From positions 76,136,001 to 76,200,000 of the forward strand of contig OX597823.1 in NCBI GenBank assembly GCA_951406725.2: DNA of 64,000 bases, given 5' to 3'. Below the pieces are notes generated by a model that worked only from the letters and a program-made list of their open reading frames with translations, was not told where the DNA came from and searched no databases. Position numbers and translations under genes: made by a program. Each line of letters starts with the position of its first letter. Positions within the stretch are counted from its first letter, which is position 1. This stretch comes from Octopus vulgaris. Taxonomy: Eukaryota. Below, in pieces: positions 27,070-38,806 of the stretch.

Positions 27070-27535
27070 ATTATTAGTTTCAAATTTTGGCACAAGGCCA
27101 GTAATTTCGTGGGAAGGATTAAGTCGATTATATCGACTCCAATGCGCAAATGGTACATATTTTGAAGGCGACGAGCTGGCAGAAACATTAGCACGCCGGG
27201 CGAAATGCTTAGCGGTATTTCGTCTGCGTTACGTTGTGAGTTCAAATTCCGCCGAGGTCGACTTTGCCTTTCATCCTTTCGGGGTCGATAAATTAAGTAC
27301 CAGCTACGCACTGGGATCGATGTAATCGACTTAATGCCTATGTCTGTCCTTGTTTGTCCCCTCTGTGTTTAGCCCCTTGTGGGTAATAAAGAAATTGGTA
27401 CTTATTTTTATGGACCACGAAAGGATGAAAGGTAAGTCGACCACGGCAAAATTTGAACTTAAAACATAAAAACGAACGAAATGACCCTAAGCATTTTGCT
27501 TGGAGTCCTAAAGATTCTTCACGCTCGCTGCCTTT
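27070..27535 (-). mobile_element. SINE B' split by an antisense SINE B insertion
   Basis: Tail part at 27070-27163 and head part at 27397-27535. Duplicated tggtac(a/t)tatttt flanks the inserted copy. Confidence 0.75.
27166..27395 (+). mobile_element. SINE family B, full length
   Basis: aggcgacgagctggcagaa...gagttcaaattccgccgaggtcgactttgcctttcatcctttcggggtcgat...gccccttgtgggtaataaagaaat. Confidence 0.9.
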
Positions 27536-27789
27536 CTGACAGATATAATATCTGCTGTTCAGTTTCCATTCGTGTGAAAGATCTGTCGAGCAAATAAATT
27601 ACTGGTGATCTGGTTATGCCGGCTGCTTAAGGATTTGCCTCCCTTGTCAGTGAATGAGATAGTGCATATTGCAGCTATGAGTTGTTTTGAATCTTATTTC
27701 TAGCAATATTCGTGCTGACGCATATATGTGTGTGTGTGTATGTGTGTATACATACATACATACATACATACATACACATATATATATAT

Positions 27790-28208
27790 GAGTGGCTGTG
27801 TGGTAAGTAGCTTGCTTAACAGCCACAGTGTTCCGCATTCAGTCTCGCTGCGTGGCACCTTGGGCAAGTTTCTTCTACTATAGCCGTGGGCCGACCAAAG
27901 CCTTGTGAGTGAATTTGGTAGACGGAAACTGAAAGAAGCCCGTCGTATATATGTACATTTATATGTATGTGTGTGTATATGTTTGTGTTTCTGTGTTCCC
28001 CCCCCCCAACATAGCTTGACAACCGATGCTAGTGTGTTTACCTCCCCGTAACTTAGCATTTCGGCAAAAGCGACCGATAGAATATGTACTAGGCTTACAA
28101 AGAATAAGTCCTGGGGTCGATTTGCTCGACTAAAGGCGGTGCTCCAGCATGGCCGCAGTCAAATGACTGAAACAAGTAGAAGAGAGTAAAAGAGTAAAAG
28201 AGTAAAGA

Positions 28209-28209
<1 letters not shown>
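27790..28209 (+). mobile_element. SINE family A
   Basis: Same body as 21429. Tail (agagtaaa)n. Confidence 0.9.
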
Positions 28210-28266
<57 letters not shown>

Positions 28267-28287
28267 GAATGTATGTATGTATATATA

Positions 28288-29427
28288 TTGTGTTGGCAAG
28301 AATGTCATTTTTTTCCATACAAAGAATAAATTTAATTATATATTTTCCATTTTCTTCGATGACCTATAGCCATCTGTCTGACAACTCTACCATTCCGCGC
28401 TCATATTATCAACCAATAACTGGAGCAAGGTCAATTTCTGGTCATCATCAATTATAAAACGTTTTACCTTTCAAAGAATTTTGCAAACTTCGAAATGAAT
28501 GATAATCTAATGGCGTAAGGACAGGGCTATATGGTGGATGTGACATCACTTTTCAACCAAGTTCCAATAACTTTTCACGAGTTAGCAAAATCCTGAGTGG
28601 TCTAGCGTTGTCATGATGGAACACGAGTCCTTTATGATTTGCCAACTCTGGCCGTTTTTTCTTGATTGCTTCCTCCAGTTTCATTAGTTATTGACAGTAA
28701 ACATCTGATTTGATCGTTTGTTTCCCTGGAAGCAGCTCAAAATGCACAACACCTTTGTATTAACACCAAATTGACTACATGATCATGTTTTGGTGCAATT
28801 CAGCTTTCTATATGATGTGTGATGGTTCATTACGCTAGGACCATAATCTGTGATTATTCATTTCAAGAAAAGGTCGATTTCTTTGCGTTTGAGATGCATA
28901 TTACAAATTTTGTATCGTTGTGTTAAGTGAATCTCTTTCAATTTATCTGTAACCCAAATATCGAGCTTCTTAAGGACTCCAAGTTATTTTAATTGATATT
29001 CAGTTGTGTGTGACACATTTAACGTCTCTGCAATCTCTCGCACAGTTACATAGCAATCAGATTCAATTATGGCTTTGATTTGGTAATCATCATCTTCAGT
29101 ATGTCGACCAGAACGTCGTTCATCTTTGAATTTTTTAAAGCCATTTCTGATATGTGTGTTCTCTTAATCAATTAACACCATAAACTTCACACATCTCTTT
29201 GTGAGCCTCAGCAGCTTTCTTATAAAAATAAAAAGCATATATGGCGAAAATAGTCGATTTTGCACTCCGTTTTATAATTGACACTGAACTAACAGCTGTA
29301 AACAAAATAATGCGCAGTTTGCTTAGAAAGTAATTGTCAAAATGAAAAAGCATAAATGTGACAAAAGGCATTTTTAAAAATCGTAATTCTATTTGCGAAA
29401 AACGAAATTACTTTCTTGCCAAACCAA
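28288..29427 (-). mobile_element. Mariner transposon fossil with both TIRs
   Basis: TIRs ttgtgttggcaagaatgtcattt and aaattactttcttgccaaaccaa match 19/23; TA on the left. Minus-strand KKAAEAHKEMCEVYG, FHHDNARP and HPPYSP. Confidence 0.85.
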
Positions 29428-29431
29428 CAGT

Positions 29432-29501
<70 letters not shown>

Positions 29502-29555
29502 TTGATAGAAAGAGAGAGAGATATAAACTCCCATGTATATGTGTATATGTATGTA

Positions 29556-29593
<38 letters not shown>

Positions 29594-29957
29594 ACTTATA
29601 TATGAAGCACAAGCATATAGTGCTCCATTACGACTATAGTTGCATGGCTGAAACGAATAAAGGAATAATACATACATACACATTAATATAAATTATGTAG
29701 AAACCCGCACAGACTTACACACCTTTTCACAGTTATATTCATGTTCGACGTGTCCAGCCAACTGCATCTGATTAACGTTTATTCCATCATTTATTTCCTT
29801 CTAAAATTCTGCCATTCAAAGAAACAACCTTTCAATAAATTACTAAGGACTTTATGATCCAAATATTCCCAAGGTGAATTTGAGAAGTTGTAAGTCTAGG
29901 AACACGCATCTCCCTCTCTCTCCTGCCTTTCCCTCTCTCACTCTCTCACTTTCTCTC

Positions 29958-30006
<49 letters not shown>

Positions 30007-30141
30007 AATAAATATACATGCATATATTTATTATATATATATATATATTATATAACTACATATGTATGTATATATATATAGTTATATATAATTGTATAAG
30101 TATATATATAAATTTTATATATAAATATATATGTTTACATA

Positions 30142-30185
<44 letters not shown>

Positions 30186-30199
30186 GTATAATAATAATT

Positions 30200-30259
<60 letters not shown>

Positions 30260-31299
30260 GTATGCCTATATAAATACACACATGTGCACATACACATATA
30301 CTTGTTATATGTATATTTTAGTATATGACTATATTTTATTTTTAGTATATTCGCGCACTCGTGTGTGTGTGTGTATATGCGTAACTGTTAATAAGTTCGA
30401 GTGTACGTATTTATACCGGTATCCATATTTCTTCTATTGATGTGTGTGTATGTCTTGGTGTGTGTGTGTGTGCGTGTGTGTGTGCGCATATATGCTTGTG
30501 TGAGAATTACTGGGAGAATGGGGTTGAGGAGAGAAGAAATTATCCAAAATTCTTAGATGTTTACGGCACATCAATACCTTGCACATCTCGACGTACGAGC
30601 TGAATGTTAGAAATTCCTCTTGAACTTATTACAATAGCGTTTATGATTGTTATGAAAACAATTTTGCAGACCCACTTCCATAAGTGCCAACTCTTTAGCA
30701 ATGATATGCTGTTAACTTACATAGATTTGGTGGCATTTCCGTATTCTTATCTGCATTCTCAGCTTGCTTTTGTTCCAGAAGCATCAGCTCTTTATTAGAT
30801 AAACTTAATCCGTGAGACATTAGCTGGAAACCCTACAGCATTCGCAAGGGTCACACAATCTTTCTGAATTTGACATGGACCTTTTGCTTATGTAAAACTT
30901 GTAAAGTCTTGTACTGAGTCTGACATATAGTTTTTGCCTCATACACCTAAAATATTTTATGCGTCATACTATATCTATAGAAAAGAAAATTCGAGCAGTT
31001 AACGGAATAATTTCATAAACATTTTACTTAATATTTTTCTCTGTTGCAACGTTTATTCCTACTAAAGACGTTATAAGTTTTGTTATTTTGGTAATGTAGC
31101 TAATTTTCCTCATCAGTTAAGCCTTTTAAAACACTGAATCGTTATGCAGATCCTTTTCACAGTTACTTTCACTTCCACTTGATAAATTCTTTCTATCTTG
31201 TAATGTCTTACTTTTTTTGTTACATAATATGAAACAGTTATCAAAGAATCTTTTCCAGTGTCTTTATCATATTTAAAAGGAAACTGGAAAAGATTTCTG

Positions 31300-32300
31300 G
31301 GTGACAATTCTATATTTTTACCTGAAGAAAGGAAGACCTTATAAGATGGAAAGAAGCTATCAACTATTTGTACGAAAAGGATCCGCAAAATGATACACTG
31401 TTTTAAACTGGCTTATTTAAATTGATAGATGGCATTCATAAATCGATCCAGTTCACAGCAGAATGAAGATAAACTTAATGTTTTGGACATCTTGATAATT
31501 AAAGAAAATTAGACGATTGCCACCATGCAAGGGTATGGACACATCGATATTTCGATATCAGATCTTGCCGCATATCCCACAATAAATTGAAAATCCCGTT
31601 TATTACAAGACGCATATTTTTAATACGTAAGGACACAAATAGGCAATGGAACTGATAGAAATATACACCATAGGAAACTAAATTACACCTGAAATTTAAT
31701 AAAATCATTCCATTACCAAAGGTAAAGAAAATCTAAACTCTGTCTTACTGAGAAACACTTCCAATAATGATGAAGACAAAATCACAAATATTAATATACC
31801 ATTTTTAGTTACGCAATCCTAGAAACCTCTTCACCTAAACGATGCTTTTCCAGGTCCACATCAAACACTGAATATCCGACAAAAAATTAAAGAATCGCAA
31901 ATTATCAAAAGCCGCAGTCAGGAAACTCCTAACAAAGACAAAAATCACATCGGAAAAAATAAATAATGCAGTAAAAAGTATTTGGAGGCACTGTGGAACG
32001 TGTGAAATATTATAATCGAAAAAAGAAACAACTAGAAGATTTAAGAAATGGAAGGAATTGAAGTTTAATGCAAAACTGAATTGCAAATAAACAGAATCTC
32101 ATTCACTGCATCACAAATCTAAAATGAAATGAGAATTATATCGGCCAAACGGGATCAAAATTTATATATCTTATTTAGAATAAATAAACAAGTCAAAGAT
32201 TCATTTCTTAGAAATAGTTTATGAAGTGAAGATTTATTTAATTGTGCAAATGAAAATTTCAAAGTATTTCCTTTTTGCAAAATAAAGGGGGAAAATTATG
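31300..32300 (+). mobile_element. Decayed Penelope-like element (RT thumb plus GIY-YIG endonuclease)
   Basis: Fragments LNVLDILIIKEN, DTHRYFDIRSC...KIPF, HCGTCE, LNCK, NLIHCIT and YIGQTG (~32138-32155). Confidence 0.7.
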
Positions 32301-32788
32301 GATTGCGAGATGAATAACAAAACTATTTTATGATAATTCAAAACCCAAAGCTAAATCATAAATAGTGTGCACTGCTATGAAATACAAGTTGATCCATAAT
32401 ACGTGTGAAAAATTAAACAGAGTAACAACTTACACACAATGTGAAAAATTCTCTCCCAAATGTTTATTCCGTTTTGTTTTTTTCTGATTTTTGTTTAAGT
32501 TAAAACTTTTTACTTTAATAAAAGTTTTCTTCAAATATTATAACATCACTGTAATCGCCGTATTAAAATATGTTTAGCAGAAAATCTGTGTGAGAGAGAG
32601 AGAGAGCGAGAGCGAGTGTGTGTGTGTGTCTGTGTGTGTATTTTGTGTGCATGCATATATGTATTTATGTATTTATACATGTATATATAAATATAGACAC
32701 ACGCACACACACATACCCTTCATACCCTTTTAATTTGCTTTGGGCAAATGCCTCAGAATGCGCTCCTAGAAACAACTATGTATTTTGG

Positions 32789-33268
32789 TGTCGGCTACGT
32801 TTTGTCATTCCCAGCTTCCAAACTAATCCTATTGGATGGTTATACATGAGGAACTCCTTACAGCTTACAATAAATATAATAGTAACGAAAATGAATTGTG
32901 GATGGGAATTTTTAGACTCAATGTATTGCGAAATGCGTTTCTGCATCCCACATATTCATCTGTGAAGGCATGTTCACATCCATATGTAATCATTAAATAT
33001 TATTTATAAAGTTCATGATTCTTAAGTATGCCTCCATTGCATGTATACTTCTTCACGCATTTATATTAATGCTTTTTTTCTTTGCTTTGCTAGTCCGATT
33101 TTTACACTTAAAGACAACTACCATTTAAAATTAATCAGGAAGCTCCGTTAAAGTTTTGGCCGTTACTTGTGAATCGTCACAACCTATCAAAGAGAGACGC
33201 AAAGACAAATAAGAAAAAGAAAAAATATTAGGCGTTACAGGTGGCTCATCACTGCACGCCTAAGAGAA
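32789..33268 (+). repeat. Diverged direct repeat, copy 1 (paired with 36551-36977)
   Basis: Colinear blocks taatcctat(t/g)ggatggttatac, gaaaatgaat(t/a)gtggatgg, cgtttctgcatcc, gctagt(c/t)cgat..ttacacttaaag and gcctaagagaa. Confidence 0.85.
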
Positions 33269-34226
33269 AACGATGTGAGTCGTCGTACCAATATTTCTGT
33301 GCACCCGTCAGCACCTGACATTTATAAATAGCATTCCGCCTCATGCAGTTGTTTTCGAACTTACATTCACTCTTAAGTCTATAGTTTCATCTTATAGTAA
33401 TGTTTTTCGTGCCATTCGAACGTGGGTTTTTACAGTGTTTGTTATTCCTTCGATGCTTTGGTTTTTTTATTCCGGTTTCATTTTATTCAGTTTTTGTTAT
33501 TTAGTTTGTGCACTCGGTAGTAGTTGAATAATATTCTTTAGACCACAATATACTCACACGCAGCATCATTCAGAGATTGTCGCTAATTCTTCAGTTCTGT
33601 ACCACATTGACGACTGTTAACATTTTTGAAGAGGCCTGTTCCCTAGTTAAATTTTGGCTTTCAAAATTTGAGATCTGATCCAATAGAAAACAATTTACAT
33701 CAAAATTTGTATTAACGTTATAGGAGAGTAAATGACGCCACCAATCAAATTTAGATCTAAATAGCTTTTTTATTTCAAAAGCAAAATATATTTACCTTAA
33801 CTTAAATGATAGAAGAAAGCATGAAACTTTTCATTGTTTTGTTTCCATGCAGCAATAATTTATATAAAAAAGTTGTGAGGTAAAATATCTTGAAAAGAAT
33901 ATAAGGAAATTTACTTTTCTATATTAAAAACAGTTATATTTTAATTTAACTTGAGTGATAGAACTCAATTCGAGGAACTTCATGGCATCAATCTCATGCA
34001 ATAAAGTTTTAGAACAAAAAAAGTTGTGATTGTTTTTTTTTCAAATTTGAGAGTGATAATATAGTTCTTTACTTTTTTTAATATGGTTCTATAAGGAGAC
34101 TTTTAATATGTCACCGGCGTCATTGTGGTAAGGAAAAAAATTATCAACGAGACCGCTAATTGACACATTTGACACATTATTAATTAACATAATAGCATAG
34201 CGTGGAAGAAAAAAAAACATGGATTA

Positions 34227-35066
34227 CATGGAAAAATCCGAGTAAGAGGAATAATATTCTTAAGATTATAAACTTGGAAAATTACAGGACAAGTTATTAC
34301 TCTCGGAAAAGTTCAAGACAACTTATTACATCTGGTGAAGTTTGGAACAAGAACTTTTTACTTAAAATATTGCAGCTGAGGATAACATTTGAATAGTAAA
34401 AATTATTTTATTTTAATTTACAAAGTAACATTGTAATTAAAAAAGATACCATAATTTTGTTAAAACATTGACACACTAGAATACATAAAATATGAGAGCC
34501 CGAAGTACGAATATAGCTAGAATTTTATGCAAAGTAAAATAGTATATATGATAGGCAAATTCATTATGTAGAAAATAGGCATTGGGTCATGACTATAAAT
34601 GTGAAGACTTGGCAATAACTTATGAATTTGTTGCTATAGGTAGATTTTACTGATATATAACTAACTTTTGTATTATTCTATTTATTGTACTAATTAATTA
34701 TGTACTACTATTATTTTTATAACCTATTTTCAAATTTCTATTAATTGATAATTAAAAAATGAATTTATTTAAAGTGAAAAATTATTCTGAGTTATTTTTA
34801 TTTTTAATAGAAGTAACAAGTAATAACAAATAGAAAAACTTGTAATAAAATCGTTTTAGTTTTAATAAAAGCTAATATTTTCTAAATCTAATTATTTTAT
34901 TTGAAATTTTATCCTTAGCTGCAATATTTTACGTAAAAATTTTCTTGTTCTGTACTTTACCCGATGTAATAAGTTGTCCCGAACTTTCCAAGTGTAATAA
35001 CTTGTCCTGTAGTTTTCCAAGTTCATAATCTTAAGAATATGATTTCCTTTGCTCGCATTTTCCATG
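34227..35066. mobile_element. Foldback element with ~180-bp imperfect TIRs and AT-rich core
   Basis: 34227-~34410 is the reverse complement of ~34888-35066 (atattcttaagattat..aacttggaaaa..acaggacaagttattac...acaacttattacatc...aaaatattgcagct). Confidence 0.8.
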
Positions 35067-35174
35067 CACTAATACTTGAAGTTGTGTGAAGTTGCGTATG
35101 CCAATTTTAATTTGTGCTTTTGTTTTTACACTTTCTCTTTTACCTGTTTCAGTCATTTGACTGCGGCTACTTTT

Positions 35175-36440
35175 TGTAGTTCTCCAAAGTATTGATTCGG
35201 GGTGATTTGATTCCTTAGTAGTATGTATCCAGTTTTACTTTTGTTTATAAAATGTCTCGAAGTTTTACGTGTTCAGATTCAGTTTCACGTCTAAGAAGTT
35301 TACTACTCTTTTTCGATTGTTATTGATAGACCTAATTTTTTGAAAGAATTTAAAAAAATTTTTCCTGTATCTTTCCATTACTCTATTGCCACTTTTTTCT
35401 AATATGAGCAAAATATAGACCCCACCATCTAATTTTGAAGACTATGACTCAATCCGGAGAATATGTATATCTCGACGAGATCTCTTACCTGTGCTGAGTC
35501 ATTTGATCCTATCATTATGTCAATACATTTGCTCCTATCGGACCTAGCCAATAGTATTCTCCCATATTCAGTTATCGTGCTCTGTACTGCTAACCTTACA
35601 TCTATTTCCTCCCTAGACAGGCCAGAGGTATTTTGCAAATAAAAATACTTCGATTAATACTACTGGGTTTATCGATGGGTAATTGTTAGTTATATCGAAC
35701 AATATGAATTTAGTATGTTTTATTCTCTAACTCATTAAACCATCTAATTACATCTGTCGTGCATGTCCATAATTTGAGCCCAGTCATAGATTTCAATTTT
35801 TGGTATTATTTTGCTTACCATACATATATCCGATTTAGATGAACTTCTGAGCCTCACTGTAGGGTTGTTCTCGAAATTTTCTTTGTAGTACTCAAGGTTT
35901 AATCTAGGCGCCCTTGGTGTGTACAGACTATTTCTATCCTCCATTCCTAATTTCTTAACTATTTCGAGTTCCTTCTTGATAATCTCATTTAATGTTTCAT
36001 TAGATGTGTGTTTATAATTGCTGTGTAATTGTTTGGTATTAAGTTCCCTCTATATTTCAATATTAACATTATAAAGATTATTGGTTTTGTCTGCCGGTAC
36101 TGGTATCCCTGTTGCACTCTCAAAGGTCTTCATTACCTCGTTGAGCCTTTTTTGATGTTAGTTGTATTTCCTTGAGGATTTTCTCAATCTACTATACTTT
36201 ATACAGTTCTTCAAACGGAGCTAAAATCTTATTTGCCGGTGGATTTCAAAGGGATTTAAATTCCCTCTTCAGATTTTCCTTGAACTCTCTGTTATTGTTA
36301 TTCTTGTCAGTTTTCCTGTCGAAAAAATATGTCCTCCATTTTATTCTATTTACGAATGCACTTACGTTTTCGGTCAGTTATTTAATATATTCTCTTCTGC
36401 AACTTATCGGCATGTCCTTAAATGATACGTCCAGTTTGAT
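35175..36440 (-). pseudogene. Decayed Penelope-like reverse transcriptase ORF
   Basis: Minus-strand fragments in order: NRIKWRTYFF, FKSL..PPANKILAPFEE, VPADKTNNLY, YKENFENNPTVRL..SKSDICMVSKII, KFILFDITNNYPSI (RT motif A), DIMIGSNDSAQVRDLV (motif B), SNHPESIL (thumb). Stops and frameshifts throughout. Confidence 0.8.
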
Positions 36441-36550
36441 ATTTTTCCATCCTTCAGCGACTTCCATTTCTATAATAAACTCTAATATATCCTTTTAATT
36501 TGTTTTGGACAAATGCCCCAAAAAGCGCTCATAAAAGTTCTTATGCTACT

Positions 36551-36977
36551 TGTCGGTTACCTTCTGTTATTCCCACCTTACGGAGTAATCCTATGGGATG
36601 GTTATACGTGAAGAACTTATAGCTTACGATAAATATAGTAATAATGAAAATGAATAGTGGATGGAACTTTTTAGACATTTTAATGTATTTCGGCATCCGT
36701 TTCTGCATCCACATGTTCTTTTGTGATGATATTTTCACATACATAGAATATTATGGTATATTATTTTTAATATATGTGAGACTAATGTATACTTCCTCAG
36801 GCAATTACATTAATGCATGCTAGTTCGATGTTTACACTTAAAGGCTTTTACTATTTTACTTCAGCCAGGAAGAACCGTTAACTTTTTGGGCATTGCTTTT
36901 GAACTGTCACAACTTATCAGAGAAAGACAAAGACAAAGGAGAAAAAGAAGTCATTCATCACAGCAAGCCTAAGAGAA
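36551..36977 (+). repeat. Diverged direct repeat, copy 2
   Basis: See 32789-33268. Ends in a local hairpin ttcatcacagcaagcctaaga / tcttaggcttgcagtaatgaa (~36954-37034). Confidence 0.85.
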
Positions 36978-37544
36978 GCAAAAACGAAAGCAGAACTAAG
37001 AAGACATATTTGATCTTAGGCTTGCAGTAATGAACCACAAGTCATATTTTAATTCACTTTACTTCTACCTCCGTGACCTTATGTCTCTCTTCAAATACTT
37101 CCTTATCAATCGGTGGTAATCACTCAAAAATGTAAAATGCAAAACTAGTGCATTTCTTATTCCTTTGTTTTCTCTCTTTATCACAATCCTAAAGAAATCT
37201 GTTCAAAAGACTGATGTTGAGGTAAATATTAAAGGGTGTTTAGAGCTAAAATATAAACCCTCCTTTGTTCTATAGAAAAGGAGTGAAACATTAACAGGAA
37301 AATGTTCCCTTAAATACTTCAGTACCACTGTTCTGAGAATAAGAAAATTCACGCTTCTATTTCCATGAATGTGTTGTCTATGGTGTCCAGAGTTGCCAGA
37401 CACTGAGAACTAAGTAATGGGATTGGAGTGATCAGTATCTTTAATGCTATGCATATATATATACATACATATACATACACACACACACATATATATATAT
37501 ATATACATACATATATATGTTATATATATATATATATATATATG

Positions 37545-37791
37545 ATATTAAATTAGAGATAAAACCACTATTAGGCAAATCATACAATGAAAAACTTAAT
37601 CCAATACATAAGATTAATTAATTTATATTATTTAAATATATATCAAAATTATTAAAAAAGATAATTAGTATAACACTACGATCGTTTCATGGCTGTCCAA
37701 TTCTTAAAATTTCGAGTTACAGTCATTCTTCAGGTGGTTTAAATACTAAGTTAGCGAGGTTTAATCAGTGGTTTAATCTCTAATTTAATAT
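37545..37791. mobile_element. 247-bp element with 25-bp TIRs in (TA)n, containing a hammerhead motif
   Basis: atattaaattagagataaaaccact and agtggtttaatctctaatttaatat match 24/25. Confidence 0.8.
37675..37738 (-). ncRNA. Type-I hammerhead ribozyme candidate
   Basis: Minus strand ACCAC-CTGAAGA-ATGACTGT...ACAGCCAT-GAAA-CGAT-C-GTAGT. Canonical CUGAAGA and GAAA, helix II 7/8 bp, helix I 4/5 bp, AUC triplet. Confidence 0.7.
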
Positions 37792-38362
37792 AATATAATA
37801 TTTTACTATATACATATACATACACACACACATATATATATACATATATATACATACATATATAATATATATATATATATATATACCCAAGGAAAAAGAA
37901 CTTAGTGTTCTTTTATGAATTTAAGATTCCTTCAACACTGACCTAGATTTTCTGTCACCACAGAAATAAACTAACCTTTGTCTGTGGTATATCTATTCCC
38001 TCTTACTCCTTCATTCCCTTCCTCCCTTCCTCCCATAATGTCCTTTATTTTGGCCGAACCTACGTTGCTGTCCTTGCTACTACAACCAAATTCTGTCTGC
38101 AACAGTTTAGATGTGAAATGAACCGGTGTGTAACCAACAGCTTTCCTTATGTCTCCTGGAATTTATATTTATATCTGCATCTTTATGGATGGATTTACCT
38201 TCTATGGGAAATTAACAATCATTTTAAAACCTTTTTTTAAAAATCTGTGCATTATTAGGAAAATTTAAGTCTGCTTATTATCTGGCTTCAAATTCATAGA
38301 ACTCTTAATACTTCATAATGGATAGTTACATTCTCTAGGATGTCTGGAAAACATATATGTGA

Positions 38363-38449
38363 TTTAGCTGATGAATACTGGACATTGTATTTGCTGCAAT
38401 ATTTGCAGCTTTAAATAAAATGTTCTTAGTACGAAACAATTGTACTAGA
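38363..38449 (+). ncRNA. Type-I hammerhead ribozyme candidate (best preserved)
   Basis: TTTAG-CTGATGA-ATACTGGACATT...GCTGCAATATTTGCAGC...AATGTTCTTAGTAC-GAA-ACAATTGT-A-CTAGA. Canonical core boxes, palindromic helix III, GUA triplet. Predicted cut after 38444. Confidence 0.75.
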
Positions 38450-38601
38450 CTACTAATCCATTCTTGTTGTTTTTTTCCTTGGTTATAAACACCCCACATT
38501 ATTTTATGGTTAATACCATAAAGAATTTCTGGTGCATCTAAGTTAAGTACCATATTCATTTGAATTCATTGGAATTCATTTGAATCTTAATTATTTTGCT
38601 G

Positions 38602-38681
<80 letters not shown>

Positions 38682-38763
38682 GTAAAATTGGAAGGTACCA
38701 CACGTGTGAAATATATAGGGAAGAGGATTTGAAAATGCAGAGGTCCTTTAAAGGTGTTTATTG

Positions 38764-38806
38764 ACTTGACCAGTTTCACTTTTTTAAAACAAGGATTTTC
38801 AAAAGT
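38764..38806 (-). ncRNA. Degenerate hammerhead-like motif convergent with the 38363 copy
   Basis: Minus strand ACTT-TTGAAAA...GAAACTGGT-C-AAGT followed by AATAAA. Core is decayed. Confidence 0.4.

Noticed and set aside
18065-27311. Recurrent ORFs MRNWYLIYRPRKDERQSRPRRNLNS
   Set aside because: Antisense translation of SINE B, repeated only because the SINE is.
33285-33355. CCAAT/TATA/initiator as a confident promoter feature
   Set aside because: Short motifs are common in AT-rich DNA and no downstream exon was identified; kept only as a hypothesis in the findings.
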